Of a stretch of DNA of 64,000 nt, positions 35,013 through 44,635 are shown in pieces. The translations under genes were made by a program, and so were the position numbers. The stretch is from positions 3,879 through 67,878 of the forward strand of contig CACLNT010000007.1 in assembly GCA_902608385.1 (NCBI GenBank), given 5' to 3'. This DNA is from an uncultured Pelagibacteraceae bacterium. GTDB lineage: Bacteria; Pseudomonadota; Alphaproteobacteria; Pelagibacterales; Pelagibacteraceae. The stretch's first letter is position 1. Every line of letters starts with the position of its first letter. The notes under the pieces were generated by a model. That model was given only the letters and a program-made list of their open reading frames with translations. It did not search any database and had not been told where the DNA came from.

Positions 35013-36975
35013 GGGTGGCGATTCAACTTTTAGAAAATTAAATACAATTAATAGAAGAATGTTTATTATTTCAGCAGCAAAAGTTGTAGTATTTACTGGA
35101 ATAGTTACAAGACTTTTTTCACTGCAAATAAATGAAAATAAAAAATATTTAACTCTTTCAGATAAAAACCGTTTAAGAGAATGGAGATTACCACCTGTTA
35201 GAGGTCAGTTTTTAGATTATTTTGGAAATGTGATTGCAGGAAATTTAAAAGTTTATCAATTACACGTAGTTCCAGAACAAGTTGAAAATTTTAAATATTT
35301 GATGCTTAGACTTAAAGATATTTTAGAAATAGATGATAAACAATTTTCGAAAATAATTAAAAAGAAAAATAGTCAAAAACCATGGGAAACTTTAATTATT
35401 TCTGAAAATTTAAGTTGGGATCAATTTTCTAAAATTAATTTTTATTTACATGAATTAGTTGGAGCCAAACCTGTTTTATCTGTTGCACGAAGTTACCCGT
35501 TCAAGAAAAATTATACTCATGTATTAGGATACGTAGCTCAAGCTAGCGAAAATGATTTAATTAAAAACGAAACAATTAAAAAAAATCATGTTCCAGGATT
35601 AAGAGTAGGAAAAATAGGTTTAGAAAAAACTTTTGAAAATGATTTATTGGGAACTAATGGAGTACAAAGATATGAAGTAAATGCTTATGGCAAAAGAATA
35701 AATCAATTAGATCACAAAGAAGGACAAAAAGGAAAAAATATAAGACTAACCTTAGACACAGAAGTGCAAAAACTATCAAATGAATTATTAGCTGAAAAAT
35801 CTGGATCAATCAGCGTAATGGATATTTATACTGGCGAAATAATTGCAATGCACTCTTCACCATCATTTGACCCTAATTTATTTTTGTACGGAATAAGTAC
35901 AAAAGATTGGAAAGAAATCAGAGAAGATCCTTTAAAACCATTAATAAACAAAACTGTATCTGGATTGTACTCTCCTGGATCAACAATAAAACCATTAGTA
36001 GCATTATCAGCTTTAGAAAATGATGTAATTTCGCCGAATCAAAAAGTCCATTGCAACGGAAAAATGGAAATGTATGGACACACTTATCACTGTTGGAAAG
36101 AAAAAGGTCATGGGACAATGAATCTAAGAAATGCAATAAAACAATCGTGCGACATATATTTTTATGAGACTGCAAGAAAGTTGGGTGTTGATCGATTAAA
36201 TTTAACATCATTTAAATTTGGTTTAGGTAATACAGTTTTAAATGGCGTTTTAGCCAATGAAAAAAAAGGCTTAGTTCCTAGTACAGAATGGAAAAAAAAT
36301 AATCTTGGAGTGGGTTGGGTTTTGGGCGAAACATTAATTACAGGTATTGGACAAGGTTATATTCAAACTACTCCTCTGCAATTATGTTTAATGACAGCGC
36401 AACTAGCAAATGGAGGGTTTAAAATTTATCCAAGAATAACAGTGGATAAAAATCAAGAAAGTTTGGAAAATATTAAATATAAAATGGCCCAAAATGCTTT
36501 TAAAGGGAAAGAAAAAAAATACAGTTCGCCAATAAGAAAAGTTGAGGAATTATTAAATATTGGAAGTAAAAAATACCTTCCACTTTATAGAAATCCTGAA
36601 AATGTTAAGTTTGTATTAGAGGCAATGTTTGCTTCTACCAATGAAGTTATGGGCACTTCTTATGGATCAAGAATAGATGATCCAAAATATCGATTTGCAG
36701 GCAAAACAGGAACAGCTCAGGTAAAAAAAATTACTGAAAAAGCAAGAGAGCTTGATTTACATATAAGTCAAATTCCTTATGAAGAGAGGGATCATGCTCT
36801 TTATATTGCTTATGGCCCTTATCAAAACCCTAGATATGCAGTTAGTATCATTGTTGAGCATGGTGGATCTGGAAGTAAGACAGCCGCACCTATTGCAAAA
36901 AAATTATTTAAATTAATTATAGATAGACATGAATTAAGAGAAAAAATAACAAACCAAAATTTAATAAATACTTAA
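35005..36975 (+). CDS. mrdA: Penicillin-binding protein 2
   Basis: SxxK (PGSTIK), SxD (QSCD), KTG (GKTGTAQ); ATG at 35005. Confidence 0.95.
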   Translation: MFEGGDSTFRKLNTINRRMFIISAAKVVVFTGIVTRLFSLQINENKKYLTLSDKNRLREWRLPPVRGQFLDYFGNVIAGNLKVYQLHVVPEQVENFKYLMLRLKDILEIDDKQFSKIIKKKNSQKPWETLIISENLSWDQFSKINFYLHELVGAKPVLSVARSYPFKKNYTHVLGYVAQASENDLIKNETIKKNHVPGLRVGKIGLEKTFENDLLGTNGVQRYEVNAYGKRINQLDHKEGQKGKNIRLTLDTEVQKLSNELLAEKSGSISVMDIYTGEIIAMHSSPSFDPNLFLYGISTKDWKEIREDPLKPLINKTVSGLYSPGSTIKPLVALSALENDVISPNQKVHCNGKMEMYGHTYHCWKEKGHGTMNLRNAIKQSCDIYFYETARKLGVDRLNLTSFKFGLGNTVLNGVLANEKKGLVPSTEWKKNNLGVGWVLGETLITGIGQGYIQTTPLQLCLMTAQLANGGFKIYPRITVDKNQESLENIKYKMAQNAFKGKEKKYSSPIRKVEELLNIGSKKYLPLYRNPENVKFVLEAMFASTNEVMGTSYGSRIDDPKYRFAGKTGTAQVKKITEKARELDLHISQIPYEERDHALYIAYGPYQNPRYAVSIIVEHGGSGSKTAAPIAKKLFKLIIDRHELREKITNQNLINT

Positions 36976-38100
36976 ATGTTTCAACAGTCTTCATATACCG
37001 ATCAACTAACTTTTTTTCAAAAAATAAGATCTTTCGATTACGTTTTATTAATTTGTATAATTTTAATAGGGATTATAAGTGCATTTTCTATGTATTCGAC
37101 TGACGGAGGTGAACTATTATATCATAGCAAAAGTCACGTCATAAGATTGATAGTTTTTTTTACTATGATGATTTTTTTATCTTTTCTTAATATCAAATTT
37201 TGGCATGCCACAGGATATTTATTTTATGTAATTATTTTGAGTCTTTTGATATGGGCATCTTTCTATGGAATTACCGCATCAGGATCTCAAAGATGGATAA
37301 ATTTATATTTTATAAACCTTCAACCATCGGAATTAATGAAAATTGCAATAATAATTTTTTATGCAAAATTTTATCATCGAATGCAAGCCGGCAATGTGAA
37401 TAATTTTACAAATTTATTAATTCCATTTGCAGTACTGGCATTGCCAATAGTTTTAGTGGCAAGCCAACCTGATTTAGGAACTGCTATTCTAATAGCTTTA
37501 AGCGGACTTGTTGTTTTATGGCTTGCCGGACTTAATATAAGATATTTCATTTATTCTTCGCTAGCTTTTTTTGTTTCAATGCCTTTTATAATTTCTTTTT
37601 TAGAACCTTATCAAAAATTAAGAGTTTTAACTTTTTTTAATCCTGAAAGAGATCCTTTAGGAGCAGGATACCAAATTATACAATCAAAAATTGGTGTAGG
37701 CTCAGGTGGCTTAACTGGGAAAGGTTTTTTAAAAGGAACACAAAGTTACTTAGAATTTTTACCCGAAAAACATACTGATTTTATATTTACATTATTTGCA
37801 GAAGAACATGGGTTTACTGGTTCAGTTATTCTTTTACTAATCTACGCCGTTATGATTTTTAGAATTATAAGAATTGGATCAATCGTTAGAAGTTTTTTTG
37901 CAAAACTTTTTTGCTACAGTTTTGCTTCTGCAATTTTCATTTATATTACAGTTAACATGAGCATGGTTTTAGGATTATTACCTATCGTTGGTTCTCCTTT
38001 GCCTATTATGTCTTATGGTGGCTCTTCAATGCTTGCAACAATGATTGGATTTAGTGTAGTAATGAGCGCTAAAATATATCAACGTCAATTAATCTCTTAG
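36976..38100 (+). CDS. rodA: Rod shape-determining protein RodA (SEDS)
   Basis: QPSE, QPDLGT, PEKHTDF, LP.MSYGGSS. Confidence 0.95.
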   Translation: MFQQSSYTDQLTFFQKIRSFDYVLLICIILIGIISAFSMYSTDGGELLYHSKSHVIRLIVFFTMMIFLSFLNIKFWHATGYLFYVIILSLLIWASFYGITASGSQRWINLYFINLQPSELMKIAIIIFYAKFYHRMQAGNVNNFTNLLIPFAVLALPIVLVASQPDLGTAILIALSGLVVLWLAGLNIRYFIYSSLAFFVSMPFIISFLEPYQKLRVLTFFNPERDPLGAGYQIIQSKIGVGSGGLTGKGFLKGTQSYLEFLPEKHTDFIFTLFAEEHGFTGSVILLLIYAVMIFRIIRIGSIVRSFFAKLFCYSFASAIFIYITVNMSMVLGLLPIVGSPLPIMSYGGSSMLATMIGFSVVMSAKIYQRQLIS

Positions 38101-38195
38101 TTTTTATATTATTTCAACCTATAATGAGCGCAATTACAACTATAACTTTATCTGTAATATTTTATGATGATGCGTATATTTTCCATTAAAAATAT

Positions 38196-40043
38196 ATGAA
38201 AAGAATATTACCTATAACATTTCTACTTTTTTTTATTTTATTTACAGAGAAAACAAATGCTGAAACAATTTCCGAAGACACAACTATCGAATCTGTAAAA
38301 CAAATTGAAGAAGATTTAACAATTTCTTCAGATGTTACTGTAACATGTGAAGCTACTAACTGTGTTAGATTTCATGCAACTGGGTTAACAGTTACAAATA
38401 ATGGTACCATTCTACAAGATACTAACAACAAAGATAATATGTTCGTCAATAAGAGCGGTTTTGAAGAGGATTTTAAATTTTATAACTATGGTTCAATCTT
38501 AATAACATCTGATAGTGGCGGTAATAGTGTTATCCGTTTAAACAATGTTACGGATGGTGACAGCGATGGTGTGGGAGCTTATGTGTACAATGAAGGAACG
38601 TTTGGTAATTCTTCTGCTGGTTATACGATAAGATTTAACACAACAACTGATGCAAAAATTGACAACTACGGAACAATAACAAATACTGACAGTCAAGGAC
38701 AAACTATTTACTTAGGAGATGATACTAATACAATAATAAATAACTATAGTGGAGCAACAATTTCTGCTCCTAATAATACTAGTAGTGCAACAAAGGGTGC
38801 TATTAATACTACAGCAAGTGATCTTTCTACCAGTGCAACTATAAATAACTGGGGCACTATTACAGCTGCTGACGATACGATTAACATAGGAACAAGTTCA
38901 ACAATTAACAATTATGGAAAAATTGAATCTGCAGATTTTAGTTCGGGACATTCTATATATTTTAAAGGAAACAATAATACCGTCAATTTTTATGATGGAA
39001 CTTTATTAATAGGTTTTATTGATAACAATGATACAACAGGAAATAATTTAAATATAAACCTTTGCTCTTCTTACAAATTCAAGATAGTGAATGATAACTG
39101 GACTATTAATGATAACTCTGGATGCGGGGATGTTGTTTACAGTGGAAATAAAGCAAGATCATCTTCAGCACTTTCTCAATCCACTGCAGATGAAAATGCA
39201 ACACTAAGAGTAGATCATATTAATGAAGCTTTCGATTATTCCAATAAAAAGAGAAATAAAAATAAAGAATTTGGTTTTTTTTCTAAATCTTATTCTGATC
39301 GCGATAATGGAAACGCAATTGATAAATTTGCATCATTAAAAAATAATGCAGTTATTGGTTTTCCTTTTGATAATGAGAAATATAGTGGACATCAAATTTT
39401 TAGTTTTTCATCTGACAAATCAGATTATTTAAATCTTAATGTTTCAACTTCTAGTTTTCAAACCGGTTTTGTATTTGAGGATTTAAATTTTTTTACAGAT
39501 AAAAAAATTGGCTTGAAGTCAGTTTTTGGATATCACAAGCATAAGAGCAATCGTACCCAACTAAATAGTCAAGTAGCATCAGGAAAAGAAACTATTATTA
39601 AGGATTATAATTCATTTTCAGCTATTATTGGTTCTCAAATACAAAATGGAAATATTAAAATTAATTTAGATACTAGTTTTGAAAGATTTCCTAATTACAT
39701 AGAGTCTGACGATGTTACTTGGAACTCACGTCTAGTCGGTCAGTTTATGGCTGATATTACTTATGATTTGAAAAAAAATTTAAATAAAAATTTTTCATTT
39801 AATCCAGAAGTTGGATTTGGTGGTAGAACTTTGTTTTTAGGAAAAAATCAGAAGTATACAATAGCGGGACAAGATCTTACCTTTAATGGTGGAGTTCAAG
39901 AAGATGCTTTCGCTAAATTTGCTCTAAATGCTAATTACTCTTTTTTAAATAATACGAACTTATTCATCAAGGCTTCAGCTAAAAAAACAACAGAAAATCA
40001 AGAAACCTATGGATTAAATTTTGGATTTAAAAGTGTTTTTTAA
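38196..40043 (+). CDS. Autotransporter-like outer-membrane protein 1 (beta-helical passenger plus C-terminal barrel)
   Basis: Signal peptide, repeated I/VxNxGTI turns, amphipathic strands, C-terminal YGLNFGFKSVF beta-signal. Confidence 0.72.
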   Translation: MKRILPITFLLFFILFTEKTNAETISEDTTIESVKQIEEDLTISSDVTVTCEATNCVRFHATGLTVTNNGTILQDTNNKDNMFVNKSGFEEDFKFYNYGSILITSDSGGNSVIRLNNVTDGDSDGVGAYVYNEGTFGNSSAGYTIRFNTTTDAKIDNYGTITNTDSQGQTIYLGDDTNTIINNYSGATISAPNNTSSATKGAINTTASDLSTSATINNWGTITAADDTINIGTSSTINNYGKIESADFSSGHSIYFKGNNNTVNFYDGTLLIGFIDNNDTTGNNLNINLCSSYKFKIVNDNWTINDNSGCGDVVYSGNKARSSSALSQSTADENATLRVDHINEAFDYSNKKRNKNKEFGFFSKSYSDRDNGNAIDKFASLKNNAVIGFPFDNEKYSGHQIFSFSSDKSDYLNLNVSTSSFQTGFVFEDLNFFTDKKIGLKSVFGYHKHKSNRTQLNSQVASGKETIIKDYNSFSAIIGSQIQNGNIKINLDTSFERFPNYIESDDVTWNSRLVGQFMADITYDLKKNLNKNFSFNPEVGFGGRTLFLGKNQKYTIAGQDLTFNGGVQEDAFAKFALNANYSFLNNTNLFIKASAKKTTENQETYGLNFGFKSVF

Positions 40044-40127
40044 ATTTTATTAGATAGTTATTTAACCACTAAAATCAGCCCAAATCACTTTGTTGATTAA
40101 ATAACAACCTAATGCGATATTTATCAT

Positions 40128-42404
40128 GTGAAAAAAGTATTATTGATAATAGGATTTCTGTTTTTTTATAGTAGTTCTGCTTGGGCAGGACCATGCGATA
40201 CCACTTTAAGCTCGGACTCAACTAGCCAACTCGATTGTTCAGACAATGATGAGTTAACAGTTAATGAAGGCGTGAGTTTAAGTAGATCTGGTGCAGTAGC
40301 GCTTAATGGGCAATCCGATGAAAATTTAAAAATAACAAATCACGGAACAATACAAAGTAGCAGTCATCACACAATTTATCTTAGATCAGGAGTTAGTCCA
40401 ACTATAGACAATAAAAGTACCGGTACAATACAGACAACAGGAGGGTGTTGCGCTATAGGTTACAAAGATGTCAGCGGTACATTCACACTTACTAATGCAG
40501 GAAGTATAATTTCTAAGACACACGGCACAATTGTTAATTGGGGAACTAGCAGCGCTGTAACAAATATAACAAATTCTGGAACAATTCGAATGCGAGGAAT
40601 AGGAGTCAATCAAAGTAATGTGGAGGCGCTTTGCGCAATTTGTGCTGGAGGTTCATCAGGAGCTGTAACTATTACAAACTCTGGAACGATAGAAACTATT
40701 GGAGATGACAGGCCCGCAATTTATACAAACGATGCAACTACGGCAACCATAACTAATTCAGGAACAATTTCTGGCCATGGTACCGCTAAAGATATTTTAG
40801 TTGCCGATGATGCTTCCGGTACAGCTACAACTACAATCAAAATTAGTGGAGAAGGAAGCTTTAACAATGGAATTGAATTAAATGATACAACTGTACAGTT
40901 AGTTTTAGGACCTGATATTAAAAGAGATACTACAGTAACAATTTACAATAAGGACAATCTTACAATTGTAAATAACCTCACGGGAAATGATACTTACTCA
41001 ATTACAAGTGAAAACTTGGATAGTGGTGAGGGTGATACTACTCTTGGAGATGGAGTTCTTACAATACTTGGTGAAGATCTTGAGATAGATGATGAAAATG
41101 CAAAATATAGAAGCGAAAATGTTTTAACTAAGCTACGTGGTTTATTTGATGCTGTAAATTATATTAATTGGCATGCACCAGAAGATAAATTCTTTAAAAT
41201 ATTTCATAGCACACAGAAGAGAGATGGAACCTATAAGGGAGAAATGTCAGGTGTTGTTGGTCAGTTAAGTCCTTTTATTTTAGGAGATATTAGAAATAAT
41301 ATTTTTCTTGGTTATACAAGACAAGATGGAGACTTTGACAATGGTGAGTTCTTAGGAGGAGATAACTTTGCATTAGGTTTAAAAAGTGTTTATGAAAATA
41401 ATGGATTTAAAGCATCCTTTACTCCCATGATTGGTTTAAATGATCTAACTGTTACTGATTTTGATACAGATAAAGAAACTAAAATAAGTACTAATTTATT
41501 AAGTGAGTTTGCTGGGCTTAATGCAAAATTTGGAAAAGAAATAAAAACAAGTGATAAGAGTTCATTAAATTTAAGTGTTCAGTCAACTTTTGGCTTACAA
41601 AGATTTCCTGAGTATGTATCAAAGTTTACTGATGGAGATTTGTCTGTCGATGAAGCAATAGAACAGGTCCTTGGGGCAGGTTTTGAAGTAAGATATACAG
41701 AGGAACTTGGCAAAGGTTTTATTATTCAACCTTATATTGGAGCCAATGTTAATAATAATCTAAACAATTCTATAAAAATTACAGCTGGCGGAGAAAATAA
41801 AAATAAATCTCCAGCCTATGAAACAACCACAGGATATTTTGCTGGCGTTTCCTTTACAAAAGAATCTGAGGATATCAACTTTGATCTAGATTTAATGTAT
41901 GGCAATGAAGATGGTTTAATCAATCAAATTGCAGCTATTTCATTAACTAAGTCTTTTGGACAAACTGAAACAAAAATTCCAACAACAAAACCTGCTAAAA
42001 ATATAAAGATTTCAAGCGCTATCCTCAATAAAGATTTAATTGAGCTTGGTGACCTTAAAAAATTAAATGAACAACTAAAAGCCCAAAATGCAAAATTAAA
42101 AGCTGAAAATGAAAAATTAAAAATGTTGAGTGCTAAAGCGATTGAAGAAAATAAAGTTAGCAAACAGCTAATCGTTGAATTACTTAAAGAAAATGAAAAA
42201 ATAAAATTAGAAAAAGAAATTTTTAAAAATAAAATTTTAGAAAAAGAAAATAAGGAAATAAAAGATAAACTCCAAAAAACAACAAGTAAAGATGGAGTTA
42301 ATAAGTTTTTATTATTATTGTTTATTACAATTTTAGCATTGTTTGCTTATGGAATATCTTCTTTTATTGTGTCTATCTTTAAAGCGTATGTAAAAAAAGT
42401 ATAG
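40128..42404 (+). CDS. Autotransporter-like protein 2 with a C-terminal coiled coil and membrane helix
   Basis: GTG start, signal peptide (AWA), ITNSGTI repeats, barrel-like region ending AISLTKSF (residue 610), then heptad-rich tail and a 25-aa hydrophobic segment. Confidence 0.68.
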   Translation: MKKVLLIIGFLFFYSSSAWAGPCDTTLSSDSTSQLDCSDNDELTVNEGVSLSRSGAVALNGQSDENLKITNHGTIQSSSHHTIYLRSGVSPTIDNKSTGTIQTTGGCCAIGYKDVSGTFTLTNAGSIISKTHGTIVNWGTSSAVTNITNSGTIRMRGIGVNQSNVEALCAICAGGSSGAVTITNSGTIETIGDDRPAIYTNDATTATITNSGTISGHGTAKDILVADDASGTATTTIKISGEGSFNNGIELNDTTVQLVLGPDIKRDTTVTIYNKDNLTIVNNLTGNDTYSITSENLDSGEGDTTLGDGVLTILGEDLEIDDENAKYRSENVLTKLRGLFDAVNYINWHAPEDKFFKIFHSTQKRDGTYKGEMSGVVGQLSPFILGDIRNNIFLGYTRQDGDFDNGEFLGGDNFALGLKSVYENNGFKASFTPMIGLNDLTVTDFDTDKETKISTNLLSEFAGLNAKFGKEIKTSDKSSLNLSVQSTFGLQRFPEYVSKFTDGDLSVDEAIEQVLGAGFEVRYTEELGKGFIIQPYIGANVNNNLNNSIKITAGGENKNKSPAYETTTGYFAGVSFTKESEDINFDLDLMYGNEDGLINQIAAISLTKSFGQTETKIPTTKPAKNIKISSAILNKDLIELGDLKKLNEQLKAQNAKLKAENEKLKMLSAKAIEENKVSKQLIVELLKENEKIKLEKEIFKNKILEKENKEIKDKLQKTTSKDGVNKFLLLLFITILALFAYGISSFIVSIFKAYVKKV

Positions 42405-42510
42405 TTTCGATTTCAAAGCTAGTTAAAATAGCTGATTATGCTGCAAACATAAAAGTTTCCAATACATTTTTGCAATAGCATATTTTTAAAAAAAATATAA
42501 AAAGTAATTT

Positions 42511-44628
42511 ATGAAGTTGGCACGATACATAATATCAATCGTTTTTATTACTACATTTATAAATTTGAATGCTTTAGCAGCACCCACGGATAATGATGTT
42601 GTATCTATTGACCTTACTGCTGACGAGGAAGTAACTGATGGAATAACATTTAATAATGATGGTACCAAAATGTTTTTTTCAGGAACTAATAGCGATAAAG
42701 TCCACGAATACCATTTAAGCACTCCTTATGATATGACCTCAGGATCAATGTCAGATCAAGGTATAGAACTTTCTATTACCGAAGGCAAAACGCAAGATAT
42801 TGAGTTTAATTTAGATGGTACTAAATTGTTTGTTATTGGAGTTACAAATGACACTGTTTATGAGTATACATTAACCACAGGCTTTGACCTTACAACTGCT
42901 TCGACTGACACAACTGCTTCATTTTCTGTACGTTCTGATTTAACAAGTCCGACTGGAATGATTTTTAATCATGATGGTACATATTTGTATGTTATAGGAA
43001 ACGATAATAACAAAATTATTCAATACGAACTAAGCACAGGTTTTGACATTACTACAGCAAACTCGACTGCAATTAATGAATTTTCAGTCAACAGCAAAGT
43101 GCCCAATCCTCATGGTTTAACGTTTAGCCCTGACGGTAAAAAAGTATTTATTGCTCATGATGATATTGCAGATGATGATGGTGATGAAAATAGAACAGAT
43201 GAAGTTCATGAATATACATTAAGCACCCCTTGGGATATTTCAACTATGTCTTACGAAGGTATGTTTGAGACAGACGACATTACAAGAGCAGGAGATGTAG
43301 ACTTTAATAACACTGGTACAAAAATGTATGTTACTGATTTTCATCATGATATTGTTTTAGAGTACGATTTAACTTGTGGATTTTCAATTGTTAGCTGTAT
43401 TGACCCAACTGAAAATAAAGACAAAGTTGCTTTAGTAGAAGCACAAGCAGAAATAGCAAAAAATTTTATTCTACAGACATCTTCCTCAGTGTTAAATCGA
43501 ATTGAATGGTTAAGAAGAAATGGTAAAGAAAATAAACTAACTAATCAAAATATTAAATTTCAATTTTCTAATAAGATGCTGTCATCTTTGTCAAAAGTAA
43601 TTCCAGTGTCCAGTGGTCAAAATGTAGTTAATGAACTATTGCCAGGTGGATTTTCATATTGGAGTGAAGGAAATATCAGTATTGGTAGAGTAGGTGACAC
43701 CAGTTCTTCTTCAACCAAAGTGATAAGCACTAACGGAATAACTTTTGGTGCTGATAAAAAAACTGATGAAAATAATTTTTATGGCTTAGCCTTTCGAGCA
43801 TCTCAGGACAATGTTGATGTTGGGACAATAGGCAGTTCAATAGATATGGATGCTTATAGCTTAACACTTTATGCAAGTACATCTGAAGATGATACAAAAT
43901 TTATAGATAGCATTCTTGGGTTTAGTAATTTAAGAACAGATATTTTTAATAAAAATGGCTTACATAATTTAAGAGGCAAAAGAGACGGCAAACAAATATT
44001 TAGTGCAATTAAATTTCGATCAACATTTAAAAAAGATCAGTTTAATTTAACTCCAATAGGGAAAATTAATCTTGGTTATACTCAGCTTGATAGCTATACT
44101 GAGACAAAATCTGAAGGTTTAGCTTTAAAATACAAAAAACAAGAAATTCAAACAAGGATAGCCTCTATTGGAATGATGTTTGATGACACTATTGGGTTTA
44201 AAAATTCCACGATAAAGCCAAATGGTAAACTTGAGTATAGTAGAGATTTTAGTCCATCTTCAGATGCGGTATTTAGTTATGTTTCAGAACCAAATAAAAA
44301 TTACATTTTGTCTGTTGATACAGGGGCATTTCATAACTTAAAAACTAATATTGGCTTTGATTTAACAACTAAGAACAATTTATTAATAACATTTAATTAT
44401 GAAAGAAATCAATCTAGCGGAAGTAGTTATACTGATAGTTTGTATTTTGGTGGAAGTTATATTTCAAATAAAGACACTGAATATGCTATGGCATTAGATG
44501 ATAATAAAGCTTTTTTCGATTATAAAAGAAATTTAAATGGTTTTGATATTAAAGTTAGTTCAAATTACAGTTTGATGAGCGAAATACCTGATTATGGTGC
44601 AAACATAGAAGTTTCAAGTACTTTTTAA
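42511..44628 (+). CDS. Autotransporter-like protein 3 with a beta-propeller passenger
   Basis: Signal peptide, five FNxDGTKxFV...EYxLSTxxD repeats, linker helix, barrel (WSEGNISIG, ITFGADK, YTE), terminal F. Confidence 0.75.
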   Translation: MKLARYIISIVFITTFINLNALAAPTDNDVVSIDLTADEEVTDGITFNNDGTKMFFSGTNSDKVHEYHLSTPYDMTSGSMSDQGIELSITEGKTQDIEFNLDGTKLFVIGVTNDTVYEYTLTTGFDLTTASTDTTASFSVRSDLTSPTGMIFNHDGTYLYVIGNDNNKIIQYELSTGFDITTANSTAINEFSVNSKVPNPHGLTFSPDGKKVFIAHDDIADDDGDENRTDEVHEYTLSTPWDISTMSYEGMFETDDITRAGDVDFNNTGTKMYVTDFHHDIVLEYDLTCGFSIVSCIDPTENKDKVALVEAQAEIAKNFILQTSSSVLNRIEWLRRNGKENKLTNQNIKFQFSNKMLSSLSKVIPVSSGQNVVNELLPGGFSYWSEGNISIGRVGDTSSSSTKVISTNGITFGADKKTDENNFYGLAFRASQDNVDVGTIGSSIDMDAYSLTLYASTSEDDTKFIDSILGFSNLRTDIFNKNGLHNLRGKRDGKQIFSAIKFRSTFKKDQFNLTPIGKINLGYTQLDSYTETKSEGLALKYKKQEIQTRIASIGMMFDDTIGFKNSTIKPNGKLEYSRDFSPSSDAVFSYVSEPNKNYILSVDTGAFHNLKTNIGFDLTTKNNLLITFNYERNQSSGSSYTDSLYFGGSYISNKDTEYAMALDDNKAFFDYKRNLNGFDIKVSSNYSLMSEIPDYGANIEVSSTF

Positions 44629-44635
44629 ATATAAA

